DNA of 64,000 nt from Candidatus Norongarragalinales archaeon (GCA_038884755.1 JAWABJ010000001.1:224001-288000), one strand, 5' to 3'. Positions 45,301 through 54,315 are shown, counted from the first letter of the stretch. Made by a program: numbers and translations. The notes: generated by a model not told the origin, from the letters alone.

Positions 45301-48055
45301 GGAATTGAACTACACTGTGACGGTGAACGACACGCAAGGCGGCCGCGGCTGGGTTTTCTTCAACTCCACTGCGAACGGCATTACGCTAATACAAAACCTT
45401 TCGGTTTCCAAGCAACGCGGGCAGGGCATTAGTTTCGTGCAGGGCTTGGAGAACGGCGTTTACAACGGGTTTTTCAACATCAGCCTGAACGACGTGGTTT
45501 CAGGCGACATTGTGAACGTTTCGTTCCTCGCGATTACGAGCGAGACTCCCAAGTTTTCCAACTTCAAGTTTGTTTTCCACAACGGGCTGCCGAACTGGTT
45601 CGACAACCAGACCAAGCTCAACGCCATGCCTTACGCCGGCGGGCCGCCGGCGCAGTTCGACTACTTCCCATGCGGCAAGGCGGCGATTACGCTAGACATT
45701 CCGCTGGGCGGGCAGGGGCAGATTGACTTGAACTCGTCTTGCCGGGACGTGATTTTGCAAGTAGACCCAATAATGCCTTTGGACGCGATTCCCGTGGAAT
45801 TCACGCAAAGCTTCAGGAGCAACTGCGGAACCTTGCGCCTGAACCGGCTTTTCCCGCCGACCGACGGCTCGCGCGACTTGTCGCAGAAGATTCAATTCGA
45901 CATGAACCTGTACCCGCAAACGGCGTGGATTTCGTTCAACTCGCAAACCGCTGGTTTGCTTAAAGGAAATTGGTTTGACACCGACCCGCGCTTTCCCGGG
46001 TTAAACTACCTGGGCAAAGCCACTCTTCGCTTGGACTGCTCGCGCTTGCCCAACAAGTTCGTGGACATCGCGATTACTGCGAAAGCCGTCGACTCGCGCA
46101 TTCCGCCCGTGGACGGAAGCTACATTTACTACGAAGGCATGCCCCACCAGCTGATTTATTCGCTGTACAACGGCCAGCTTCCGCGCGACTTGCTTGTAAG
46201 CCCGTCTAACGAAACCACGACGGTAAAAACCCGTACGAGGGCTTTTGACGCCAGCAACCGCGTCAATTACTTCCTCATCAACCACCGTTCCACTCCAATC
46301 GGCATTTCCATCAAGGGCACGCCGTCGGAGGAAGGCATTGTAATAAACGAGTTCAGCAACCGCTTTGGCTCGGTGTATTCTCACATGATTGCGGTTTCCC
46401 ACTTGGACTTGATTACGCTCGGCAAGTACCTGCATTTCCTGGACTCGCTGCAGCTCTACCCGCCGTCCCAGCAAAACGCGATTTGGAATTCCACTTGCCC
46501 GTCGATAGACTACGTGAGCGAAGTGACGCACCAGATTCCGCGCAATTTCGTGGAAGAAGTGAAACGCATTTCGCTAATCACGGGCTTCCGCCGTTCGCCG
46601 CCCCAAAACGGGTATTGGTGCGGGCACCGCAAGGACCGCCCGCAGGGCGAGCGCACTTGCTATCCAACGATTTTGAATTGGATGCAGCCGGGAATCAACG
46701 AGACGACGCAAACGATTCAATGCCCCGCTCCCGCGTGCTTGCAGGCAAGCGAAGCCGACCCGGACTCTTACACGGCTGACGCGATAACGCTTTCGGTTTC
46801 CCCCCAGCAGCCTTTCCCGCCTGAAGGGCAGCAGTACGCCTTTTCAATCAAGGATTCGCTCGTGTTGAGCGCTGACGCGAGCGGGCTTCCCGCGGGCACG
46901 AACGTTACGGCCGCGAGCGTGGAATTCAAGAGCAAGGAAAGCGTGGACTGCCCGATTGCCGGCGCAAGCTGGTGTTCGACGACTTTCTTGAACGACGGAG
47001 TGGATTTGCAGAAGGACGCGGGCGGGTTGTGGAACATTTCTTACGCCGGCATTTCAAACGCGCAAAACGGCGAGTACGCCGTGCGCATCAAAGCGGCAAA
47101 CGAAACCGGCGGTGTTTTCTTCTACTCGCCTTGGGTTAGGATAATAGTGGAGAACAATGCCGCCGCTTGCTTTGCGTTGGGCACCCAGCGCGAGAACGTG
47201 CCGTTGTGCGCCGAGCCCGTGTGCGACCCGTTCTGCAGGCCGGATGGGACTAAGGAAATCGTGACCAACGCGGGTCCCGCCTTGAACGACCCGCAATCGT
47301 GGTGGCTGAACGACACTGTCCTGGAGTTCGTGCCTGCGGCGGAAGTGGAAGGGATTGAGAATTACGCGGGAATGCCTTTCGCTTACTTCAGGCAAAAGGG
47401 CATTCTGCAAAACGACTTTTCTTTATCCAGTCCGCTAATGCAGTGGAACTGGAACATTGACGACGTTGCAAACGCAGGATTTACGATTGAAAACGACGCG
47501 AAATGCGTGGCTGGAACAGGGTTTTACGAGCTCAAGGCGTCTAGCGCGGACGGCGAGGAATGGAGTTTCAGCGTGGCGCTTAAGAAACTGCCTTTGAGCG
47601 GGTATTTCCTGAACAACGAGCCTTCCGACTCCGACGCGGCGAGGGAAGGGTATATAGACGATTTGCCTCCAAACCCGCGTTCTGCCGTTTTCGCCAAAGG
47701 CCGGGGTTGTGGAATAGGAACAGACCCGGGTTTTGATGATGAAAAGTTTTTGTGCAACGCCAAAAACCTGGTGGTTGGAAAGCACACGCACCACGCTAGA
47801 AACAGCCAAATTCTCGATTGCTTTATCCCGTGCAAGTACAACAACTGCGGGTATTGCATCAACTTCAACCTGCCTTTCGAGCAGTACGAGTGGCAAGCTT
47901 GCCTTCCGCCGGCGAACAGGAACGACTTTTCCAGCTTCCAGGCTTTGAGGCAGGCGTCGACCAACCCCAACCTGCCTCCTGAATTGCGTTGGGCTTACGG
48001 CGTGGGGCAAGAACTGGGCGGCTGTCCGAACGAAGCGACGCGCATTTCCGATTGA
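42398..48055 (+). CDS. Giant membrane-anchored surface protein (1885 aa), paralog of upstream gene with a different C-terminal half
   Basis: Same N-terminal motif/TM and beta repeats; shared YRSFLVQGGKYYRNPLNANDPPE; divergent Cys-rich C-terminus. Confidence 0.8.
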   Translation: MENQPTGGEQPPSIPAKSNQKTLWDNVEGKYYSFCDWLQDHGLPIYDFFVYPLEDRGIPSLPAFVIILLALLLGAGWIAMGGLSGLGQQAYALQVSVYSEQGPIEGAILTLYKDGGVVSKTKTNSDGISSFEELQAGDYALDAEKEGFETASLAVSVPRESSVDVTLVSKQKISFEGGKQPNGKKTEEGPFNEIDYGDLSLKIFVTDIAGNPLDATANVFDKNAGTKIGTVIVRNGFGSLDGLEAGMVVYADVSAQGHVPYLGKNNATTISAESPNSISVKLFKITNDTESKATLVKVRDLNGTPLNQVLIKVFRKGNPFALIIPNQYTNATGELAIDLNSSGNPDYKILASKTPYVDTETSWFKAGTKVEITLKKQSEMNQSDKDKASNLTVTVTFNGSVVANAAVAVFHDELATREGFTNSQGKISFYILNSRGLTVTVNASKNNMAGSKQVALDSEQVQASVELERRKASVRVRAFNYSNGLLIENAAFEAKTGGATVSSCAVSAPNFDCVLQIGIGLNAEINASAPTFVSETKYLSVNNETMALDFSLLPEYAVQSSLIKDFVVTPEGGNSNVTTLYPGKRYEAKFTLIGKTNSTSDEFGFYFGVETARAVIKRVTPPSTPTKTLGSTTAACNPVQIDYNNANAAWVDLTYAGANGVSSKSVRVVFEVKPLGQGVQESNVTLRYRSFLVQGGKYYRNPLNANDPPETRFEPKSPLASGCNSPTFNALYAINGVGVSCSEYACVSVLFTQNGQQSAKNNFTMMNFGEGSTPPVVMLYEITFKKDVRNNPADISFSFNAPGSFIGLVSASYPDQPDEQGTPPQPPNKIEFLNGTPQSFSADLSHLKRYSNMDEGFKFNGDFVIKPLSSSNVSGEGITLQLAQGVDAVRHNALYNIQANGSQGGCTQNCNEQVENSAKLQMLLRQRRDSGSYITNPLSLYAIGLCSYESILHSFLQVGLPKCAGSFVELNYTVTVNDTQGGRGWVFFNSTANGITLIQNLSVSKQRGQGISFVQGLENGVYNGFFNISLNDVVSGDIVNVSFLAITSETPKFSNFKFVFHNGLPNWFDNQTKLNAMPYAGGPPAQFDYFPCGKAAITLDIPLGGQGQIDLNSSCRDVILQVDPIMPLDAIPVEFTQSFRSNCGTLRLNRLFPPTDGSRDLSQKIQFDMNLYPQTAWISFNSQTAGLLKGNWFDTDPRFPGLNYLGKATLRLDCSRLPNKFVDIAITAKAVDSRIPPVDGSYIYYEGMPHQLIYSLYNGQLPRDLLVSPSNETTTVKTRTRAFDASNRVNYFLINHRSTPIGISIKGTPSEEGIVINEFSNRFGSVYSHMIAVSHLDLITLGKYLHFLDSLQLYPPSQQNAIWNSTCPSIDYVSEVTHQIPRNFVEEVKRISLITGFRRSPPQNGYWCGHRKDRPQGERTCYPTILNWMQPGINETTQTIQCPAPACLQASEADPDSYTADAITLSVSPQQPFPPEGQQYAFSIKDSLVLSADASGLPAGTNVTAASVEFKSKESVDCPIAGASWCSTTFLNDGVDLQKDAGGLWNISYAGISNAQNGEYAVRIKAANETGGVFFYSPWVRIIVENNAAACFALGTQRENVPLCAEPVCDPFCRPDGTKEIVTNAGPALNDPQSWWLNDTVLEFVPAAEVEGIENYAGMPFAYFRQKGILQNDFSLSSPLMQWNWNIDDVANAGFTIENDAKCVAGTGFYELKASSADGEEWSFSVALKKLPLSGYFLNNEPSDSDAAREGYIDDLPPNPRSAVFAKGRGCGIGTDPGFDDEKFLCNAKNLVVGKHTHHARNSQILDCFIPCKYNNCGYCINFNLPFEQYEWQACLPPANRNDFSSFQALRQASTNPNLPPELRWAYGVGQELGGCPNEATRISD
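44459..44528 (+). repeat. 70-bp exact repeat, copy 2
   Basis: Identical to 38855-38924. Confidence 0.9.
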
Positions 48056-48090
48056 GCTCGCGCTATTCGATAGAACTTTTTTGTTTTTTT

Positions 48091-48143
48091 AGTCAGAAGC
48101 TACCTCGGTCATCACAAGTCAGACTGGGACGGTGTCATCACGA
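48091..48143 (-). ncRNA. C/D box sRNA guiding 2'-O-methylation of 23S rRNA (G2251 and U2438 equivalents)
   Basis: Minus strand G-TGATGA (C) CACCGTCCCAGT CTGA (D') CTTG TGATGA (C') CCGAGGTAGCTT CTGA (D); both guides 12 nt. Confidence 0.9.
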
Positions 48144-48205
48144 AATAGGATTTGTGCAAAGCGCTTTTATTAAGATTGAGTTCAATTGTTTTTATAGCTG
48201 GTTTA

Positions 48206-49753
48206 ATGGAAGAAGCTGCTGTTTCGAAAAGGTTTTCACAGAAGTTCGGCGCGCAAATTAGCTTTGCTAGAACGCTTTATGCCGGCCTCAAAGGAGAAAA
48301 GAATTTTGATTTCAACCTTGCCCTTGCGAATTACTTGCATTCCCACCAAGCGGACGATCAGCTTGTTTTAAGCGCTTTACTAGCCGGTCTGAGTAAAAAA
48401 GAGCTGGAGGAAATCAAAAAAAAAGGTGTGGCCAAGCACGTGTTGGAGCAGCACGAGAAAGAATGGGGTTTGGACAGGAAAGCAGTTAAAGATTTCAGTG
48501 AAAACTTGAAAGAGGCTTTAGAGATTATTGCAAGCTATATACAGTTGAAAGCAAATCCGGAAATGGATGCAAACGCGCATTTTGCAGCCGCGCTTGAAGC
48601 CCCCAAGCTACGCGCTTCGTTGTTGCGCGCTGCGGTATTGAACTTCGAACTGGAAAAACCATCAAAACAATCTGCTTTGCACGTGGAAGTGGCTGAACAC
48701 GTTTACATTCCGTGGTTGAACCTCTTGGGTTTGGTTGACATGAGCAACGAACTCGGAGAAAAAGTTTTGAAAATCAAAGACCCTTTAGCATACGAAAAAC
48801 TCTTTCAACACTTGGAAACAATGCCTGTCAGTAAACGTCCGTTCGGCAAAATGATTGCCTCCTTGAAAAAGAAAATCAGTAGGCTGGGGTTGGAGATTGA
48901 AGACGTTCAGTTCAGGAGAAAATCGATTTACAGCATTTACCAAAAACTCAAGGCTTACGGCTGTCCCGTTGGAAATCCAGCCTACGACCACGACCCTCGA
49001 CTTTTAGACGATTTGTATGGGTTGAGGGTTGTTTTGAAGGCTGACGAGACTGAAAGCGAAAGCGAACAAGTTGCAAAGGCAAGACGAGTGTTGGATGTAG
49101 TACGCTCTTCATTCGAAATGCCTAAGGAGGCAAGGATAGACGAGTATGTCGCTGAAAAAGCAAAACCAAGCGGCTATAAGGCTATTCACACGCCGGTTAT
49201 TGGACCGCAGAATTTGCCGATAGAAATTCAAACAGTAACCAAACCATGGCACGCTGCGAACGAAGCTGGTCTTTCTTCCCATTTTTTCTACAAACTTTCT
49301 AAAGCTGTTAGCAGTCCTTTGAGGCAGGTGTTGGTTCGCATTCAAGAAGAGTTGAAGCGGGGCGTGCCGATAGAACGAGTTTTCAGGAGCATAGGCAAGC
49401 CGTTGATTTACGTGACAACCGACCGGTTTGGTCCGCAAGACCACGCTCTTCCTGCAGGTTCTACTCCCTTGGACTTGTGGTACGCGCATGGTTTCCGCAA
49501 GAAGTACGAAGAAAAAATGAAGGGAAAAATATTTTTCGAAACCGTAATGGTAAACGGTGAAACCGTTCCACTAACTACTATCCTGAAGCCAGGCGATCAC
49601 GTGCGTTTTGACGTGAGCGGAAGCCCGCCGAAAGTAGAGCTTATTGACCGGTTTGCGAACGAAGTAGCAACGCCTGAAGCGAGGGAAGGGTTGTGGAAGT
49701 TGAGGAGAAAACTGGGAAAATGGCGTTGGCTCAGGCGAAAGGAAGAGAGCTAA
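48206..49753 (+). CDS. RelA/SpoT homolog: degenerate HD, (p)ppGpp synthetase and TGS domains
   Basis: RRKSIYSIYQK, DDLYGLRVV, KPSGYKAIHT, IEIQ, EAGLSSHFFYK; TGS LPAGSTPLD..VNGETVPL..LKPGDHV. Confidence 0.85.
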   Translation: MEEAAVSKRFSQKFGAQISFARTLYAGLKGEKNFDFNLALANYLHSHQADDQLVLSALLAGLSKKELEEIKKKGVAKHVLEQHEKEWGLDRKAVKDFSENLKEALEIIASYIQLKANPEMDANAHFAAALEAPKLRASLLRAAVLNFELEKPSKQSALHVEVAEHVYIPWLNLLGLVDMSNELGEKVLKIKDPLAYEKLFQHLETMPVSKRPFGKMIASLKKKISRLGLEIEDVQFRRKSIYSIYQKLKAYGCPVGNPAYDHDPRLLDDLYGLRVVLKADETESESEQVAKARRVLDVVRSSFEMPKEARIDEYVAEKAKPSGYKAIHTPVIGPQNLPIEIQTVTKPWHAANEAGLSSHFFYKLSKAVSSPLRQVLVRIQEELKRGVPIERVFRSIGKPLIYVTTDRFGPQDHALPAGSTPLDLWYAHGFRKKYEEKMKGKIFFETVMVNGETVPLTTILKPGDHVRFDVSGSPPKVELIDRFANEVATPEAREGLWKLRRKLGKWRWLRRKEES

Positions 49754-49831
49754 CTAAAGCTTATTAAAGCTGTTTTTATAAACTTCTTTTTAGTAAAACA
49801 AGCGAGTATAATTTTGCAAAAAGGTGGTTTG

Positions 49832-50383
49832 TTGGCTTTAGCGTGGATTTTGGTCGGAATAATCGCGATAATCCTGGTTTTCGTCGTTTTGCTTTACAAC
49901 GGGCTTGTCCGTGCGAGGAACATGGTGGACAACGCGTGGTCGCAAATCGACGTGCAACTGAAGAAAAGAAGCGACTTGATTCCCAACCTCGTCGAGACAG
50001 TGAAAGGCTACGCCAAGCACGAGCGCGAAGCGTTCAAGGAAGTTACCGAAGCGAGAACGAAGTTTTTGAATGCGAAAACAATCGGAGAGAAAGCGAGGGC
50101 GAGCAACATGATTACCGACGCTTTGAAAAGCATTTTTGCTGTCGCAGAAGCCTATCCGCAATTGCGCGCGAGCGAAAACTTCAAGCACTTGCAGGAAGAG
50201 TTGAGCGACATCGAGGGGAAAATAGCTTACGCCAGGCAATTCTACAACGACTCCGTTCTCGAGTACAACAATTCCATCCAAGTGTTCCCCAACAGTCTTG
50301 TGGCTGGACCGTTCGGCTTTTCCAAGCGCGAGTTTTTCGAAGTCAGCGTGGAAGAGCGCAAGAGCGTCAAGGTAAAATTTTGA
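49832..50383 (+). CDS. lemA: LemA family protein
   Basis: N-terminal TM, NAWSQIDVQLKKRSDLIPNLVETVKGYAKHE, AYPQLRASENF; start uncertain (49814-49832). Confidence 0.95.
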   Translation: MALAWILVGIIAIILVFVVLLYNGLVRARNMVDNAWSQIDVQLKKRSDLIPNLVETVKGYAKHEREAFKEVTEARTKFLNAKTIGEKARASNMITDALKSIFAVAEAYPQLRASENFKHLQEELSDIEGKIAYARQFYNDSVLEYNNSIQVFPNSLVAGPFGFSKREFFEVSVEERKSVKVKF

Positions 50384-50448
50384 ACTTTTTATTTTGTAGG
50401 AAAAAGGGTAGAGGGGAGAAACGCAGTTTCTTCCTCTGGTGATTTTCA

Positions 50449-51333
50449 ATGCCTGAGCTTTACAACCAGATTGCCGACAACAAGCGCAAGTCTTGGCTTT
50501 TCGTGGTGTTCTTGTTCGTTCTCGTGGCGCTGGCGGTGCTGTTTTTCTCGCTCATCACGGGTTTCGGCAAAGCCGGCTTCATAATCGCGTTTTTCATCGC
50601 TTTGCTTACGACCGTCGGCTCTTACTACTGGAGTGATTCCATCGTCATAGCTTCGACTGGCGCAAAGCCCGCGGAGGGTGTGGCGTTCCGCAAATACCAT
50701 TCTCTTGTGGAAGGGTTGTGCATCGCAAGCGGGCTACCCAAGCCCAGGCTTTACTATCTTGAAGATAACGCGATTAATGCGTTTGCGACAGGGCGCGATC
50801 CCAAGCACGCGGTTGTTTGCGTTACCACTGGTGCAATGCAAAAGCTCGACAAGAGCGAGTTGGAAGGCGTGATAGCGCACGAGCTTTCGCACGTCAAGAA
50901 CTATGACGTGCGCTTCATCACTTTCGCAGTCGTGATGGTCGGGTTGGTGAGCATTCTTGCCGACATGGCTTTCAGGACCATGTTTTACGGAAGGGGGGAC
51001 AGGAAGATTGAAGGGAGAGCGGGCGCGGCTTTGCTAGTAATAGGGCTGTTGTTCATGATTCTCGCACCTATTTTCGCGAAGCTAGTGCAACTCGCGGTTT
51101 CGAGAAAGCGCGAGTATCTTGCTGATGCTACCGGCGCTTCGCTCACGCGTTATCCTGAAGGGCTTGCCAAAGCTTTAGAGAAAATAAAGGCGGAGGCGCA
51201 GCCGGTGAAAAACGCCAACTCGGCCACTGCCAGCTTGTTTTTCGCAAACCCCCTGAAAGGCGTTTCCCTCTCCGGGCTGTTCGCCACGCACCCTCCGGTG
51301 GAAGAACGCATAAAGCGCTTGCGGAGTATGTAA
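50449..51333 (+). CDS. htpX: Protease HtpX (M48)
   Basis: NAFATG, AHELSH, SRKREYLADA, THPPVEERI. Confidence 0.93.
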   Translation: MPELYNQIADNKRKSWLFVVFLFVLVALAVLFFSLITGFGKAGFIIAFFIALLTTVGSYYWSDSIVIASTGAKPAEGVAFRKYHSLVEGLCIASGLPKPRLYYLEDNAINAFATGRDPKHAVVCVTTGAMQKLDKSELEGVIAHELSHVKNYDVRFITFAVVMVGLVSILADMAFRTMFYGRGDRKIEGRAGAALLVIGLLFMILAPIFAKLVQLAVSRKREYLADATGASLTRYPEGLAKALEKIKAEAQPVKNANSATASLFFANPLKGVSLSGLFATHPPVEERIKRLRSM

Positions 51334-51366
51334 AAGCTTAAGAGTTTCTTTTTCTTTCGTTTTTTC

Positions 51367-51933
51367 ATGCAACCTTTGCTCAAGTGGTTTGCCGGGCACA
51401 GGCGCTTGCTGTTTTACTCCGCCAGGGTAATAGTAGTAGCCTTCTTTGCTTCAATCCTGTTTTTCGACTCGGTCTTGAAGTTCATCCTCTCAAACTTCTA
51501 CGCCTTGGACGCTGTCGTCCTTGCGTTAGTAATTCTCGCCTTGACGCATTTGTACGACTTGATTTACGAGGAAAAGAAGAGCTTTAGCGCGTTGATATGG
51601 AAATACTTTTTCCTTACCCTGTCGGTGATACTGCTTTTCGGGATTCTCTATTACGTGAATGCAGTCGTGTTCGACCCTCCTGGTTTGGTTTCCACTTACG
51701 AAATGCAGTTGGAGAAAGACGTTTTTTACTTCAGCGCCGTAACCTATTTCACTGTCGGGTACGGCGAGATAGTGCCTTGGGGCGTTAATGCAAAAACGCT
51801 TTCGGTGTTCGAAGCGTTTTTCGGGAACGTAATCAACCTCGCGGTTTTGGCTTTGGCATTCCGCACCCTAAATTTGCAGAGAAACCTCGAGGAAAAAAAG
51901 GCGTTCGGCAGGATAGTCAAGCACGTGCGTTGA
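51367..51933 (+). CDS. Potassium channel family protein
   Basis: YFSAVTYFTVGYGEIVP selectivity filter; several TMs. Confidence 0.9.
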   Translation: MQPLLKWFAGHRRLLFYSARVIVVAFFASILFFDSVLKFILSNFYALDAVVLALVILALTHLYDLIYEEKKSFSALIWKYFFLTLSVILLFGILYYVNAVVFDPPGLVSTYEMQLEKDVFYFSAVTYFTVGYGEIVPWGVNAKTLSVFEAFFGNVINLAVLALAFRTLNLQRNLEEKKAFGRIVKHVR

Positions 51934-51949
51934 ACGGTGGGGGTTGCAA

Positions 51950-52846
51950 ATGATAGTCTGCGCAGGAAGCATAGCTTTGGATACGACGCACACGCCGTTC
52001 AAGAGCGCAAAGCGCATAATGGGTGGTAGCGCCTCGTATTTCGGCGTTTCCGCGTCTTTCTTCACGAAAACCGCGCTGGTGAGCGCGGTCGGAAGCGATT
52101 TTCCAGAAGATTATTGGCGGGCGTTGGCGAAACACTGCGATTTGACGGGCGTGGAGAAAGCCAAGGGAAAAACCTTCTTTTTCGAGTCGAAGTTTGACTT
52201 CGATTTGCGCAACCGCACCGCGCTCAAAGTAGTGGAAGGCGTTTTACCGCAAGCACGCTGGGCGGTTCCGGAATACCTGCAAAACCCCGACGTTCTTTTC
52301 CTCAACTCGCACCATCCTGCCGTCGACGCCAAGGTAATGAAGCAAACGCGTCCGACAATGGTTTTCGGCGACACTATAGAATACTTGACGCGAAAGCAAA
52401 AGCCTTTGCTCCTCGAGTTTTTGAAGAAGACCGACGGTTACGTGTTGAACGAAGTGGAAGCCAGGATTTTGAGCGGCGCGTCCAACCTAATCAAAGCTGG
52501 AAAGAAACTCCAGGAAAAAGGCCCGGAAATCGTGGTGGTGAAGAAAGGCGAGCACGGCGGGTTGTTGTTTTATAACCGCGAGGTGTTTCCTTTTCCGGCT
52601 TTCCCGTTGGAAAACATCGTCGACCCGACTGGGGCTGGCGACGCTTTTGCTGGAGGTTTTTTGGGATGGCTGGACCGGCAAAAGAAAACAAGCGAAGCCA
52701 CCTTGCGGCAGGCGTGTTATTACGGAACGGTAATGGCGAGCTTTTGCGTCGAGGCGTTCGGCTTGAACAATTTGCTGGTGCTTGATGAAAAGAAAATCGC
52801 GCGGCGCCTCACGGAATACCAGCGGCTTGCAGTTTGCGCTATTTGA
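51950..52846 (+). CDS. PfkB-family sugar/nucleoside kinase
   Basis: GSIALD, GGSASY, NEVEA, VKKGEHG, DPTGAGDAFAGG. Confidence 0.93.
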   Translation: MIVCAGSIALDTTHTPFKSAKRIMGGSASYFGVSASFFTKTALVSAVGSDFPEDYWRALAKHCDLTGVEKAKGKTFFFESKFDFDLRNRTALKVVEGVLPQARWAVPEYLQNPDVLFLNSHHPAVDAKVMKQTRPTMVFGDTIEYLTRKQKPLLLEFLKKTDGYVLNEVEARILSGASNLIKAGKKLQEKGPEIVVVKKGEHGGLLFYNREVFPFPAFPLENIVDPTGAGDAFAGGFLGWLDRQKKTSEATLRQACYYGTVMASFCVEAFGLNNLLVLDEKKIARRLTEYQRLAVCAI

Positions 52847-54086
52847 CCAGCCTTCGTGAGGCTTTGACTGCGTTTTCTATAACGCCGTCCTTGTTCAAAG
52901 TCAAAATCTTTCGGTCGCGCATTACGACGCTGCCGTCAACCACCACGTCTGCGACGGCGTGGGGGGAAGACGAAAAAACGATTGACGCGAGCGGGTCTAT
53001 TGCAGGCGCTGTTCCCAGCGCGTTTGCGTCGAAAAGCACGAAGTCCGCGAGCTTTCCTTGCTCGATGCTTCCTGCGTTCAAGCGAAGGGCTTTCGCGCCT
53101 CCGATTGTTGCCAAATCCAACGCCTCTTGCGCGCTCAAGCCGTACACCAACGCAGCGAATTTCATCGTTTCGAGCATGGACAGCGAGTTGTTCGACGCAG
53201 CTCCGTCTGTTCCCAGTGAAACGCCAACGCCGTTTTCCATCATGCGCCTTGCGGGCGCGATTCCGCTTCCAAGCTTGAGGTTGCTTACGGGGTTGAGAGA
53301 TACGGACGCGCGTTTTTGCTTGAACAACTCTATTTCCGTTGCGTCCAGCCAAACGCAGTGCGCGGCCAGCAGCCGCTCATTAAGCAGCCCAGTCGAGTTC
53401 AGGTAAAACGCCGGCTTTTGCCCGCTCCTGTGCAGGCAATCGGAAACTTCCCCCTTGTGCTCGCTCAAATGGATTTGCACCATCGCCCCGCATTCTCCAG
53501 CGGCGCGCGCGGTTTCTTCAAGCAACTGCCTCGAGCAGGAGTAAATCGAATGGGGGCCCACGCTCAATTCAATCCTCCCGCTCCGAAAGTGGTGGCGCAA
53601 AAACTTTTTCGCGCGCAAAAACTGCTTCCTGCCTTCGCCCAGGAAGTCGAGAACGGGAAAAGAAACGTTCGCCCTCAACCCGCTTGCTACGGCCGCTTTT
53701 GCAGTTTCGTCGGGGTGGTAGTACATGTCCGCAAAAGCTGTCGTGCCAGTGCAGATCATTTCCGCGCACCCCAGAATCGCCCCGGCGCGCACGTCCGAAG
53801 GCTTGAGCTTTTTTTCGACGGGCCAGATTTTTTCCTTCAGCCACTCGTTAAGCGCCAAGCCTTCGCCATAGCCGCGCAAGAGGGTCATGGCCAAGTGAGT
53901 GTGGGTGTTTATGAGCCCGGGAACGAGGATTTTTCCCTTGCCATCGATTTTCGCCGTGTTTTCGCGCAAATTGCGCCCGACTTTCGCTATGGAATTGCCT
54001 TGCACCAGGACGTCGCAGTCGCGAAGTATCCTTCGCTGCGAGTCTTGCGTTACGACCAAAGCGTTTTTGACCAGCAGAGAACCCAT
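52839..54086 (-). CDS. Amidohydrolase, MTA/SAH deaminase (MtaD-like)
   Basis: PGLINTHTH, GPHSIY, IHLSE, AAHCV, NPVSNLKLGSG, LGTDGAASNN. Confidence 0.88.
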   Translation of the reverse strand: MGSLLVKNALVVTQDSQRRILRDCDVLVQGNSIAKVGRNLRENTAKIDGKGKILVPGLINTHTHLAMTLLRGYGEGLALNEWLKEKIWPVEKKLKPSDVRAGAILGCAEMICTGTTAFADMYYHPDETAKAAVASGLRANVSFPVLDFLGEGRKQFLRAKKFLRHHFRSGRIELSVGPHSIYSCSRQLLEETARAAGECGAMVQIHLSEHKGEVSDCLHRSGQKPAFYLNSTGLLNERLLAAHCVWLDATEIELFKQKRASVSLNPVSNLKLGSGIAPARRMMENGVGVSLGTDGAASNNSLSMLETMKFAALVYGLSAQEALDLATIGGAKALRLNAGSIEQGKLADFVLFDANALGTAPAIDPLASIVFSSSPHAVADVVVDGSVVMRDRKILTLNKDGVIENAVKASRRLVK

Positions 54087-54153
54087 GAAAACCCTTATAG
54101 CTTGCAAGCGTTAAAAGCTTTTTATCGTGAACTCGACGGAGGGGTTTTCAAAA

Positions 54154-54264
54154 ATGGCTTTGAAAAACAAGTCCAGGCGCAAGCACATTCGCATTTCTTT
54201 TCTCAAGCGCAGGAACAAGTCCAAAATGAAGGGCAAGTCGCGAAGCAGGAAGAAAGTCCGCTGA
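54154..54264 (+). CDS. Small highly basic peptide (36 aa, 18 Lys/Arg)
   Basis: MALKNKSRRKHIRISFLKRRNKSKMKGKSRSRKKVR; GGAGGGG RBS; T-run downstream. Confidence 0.65.
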   Translation: MALKNKSRRKHIRISFLKRRNKSKMKGKSRSRKKVR

Positions 54265-54315
54265 AATCGTGGCAAGAAAAGGCTTTTTTTTAAACGCTCT
54301 TTCGGTTATCATTAA

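Noticed and set aside
54154..54264. Ribosomal protein eL39
   Set aside because: Lacks the conserved QN..P.W and R.WRR motifs and is too short.
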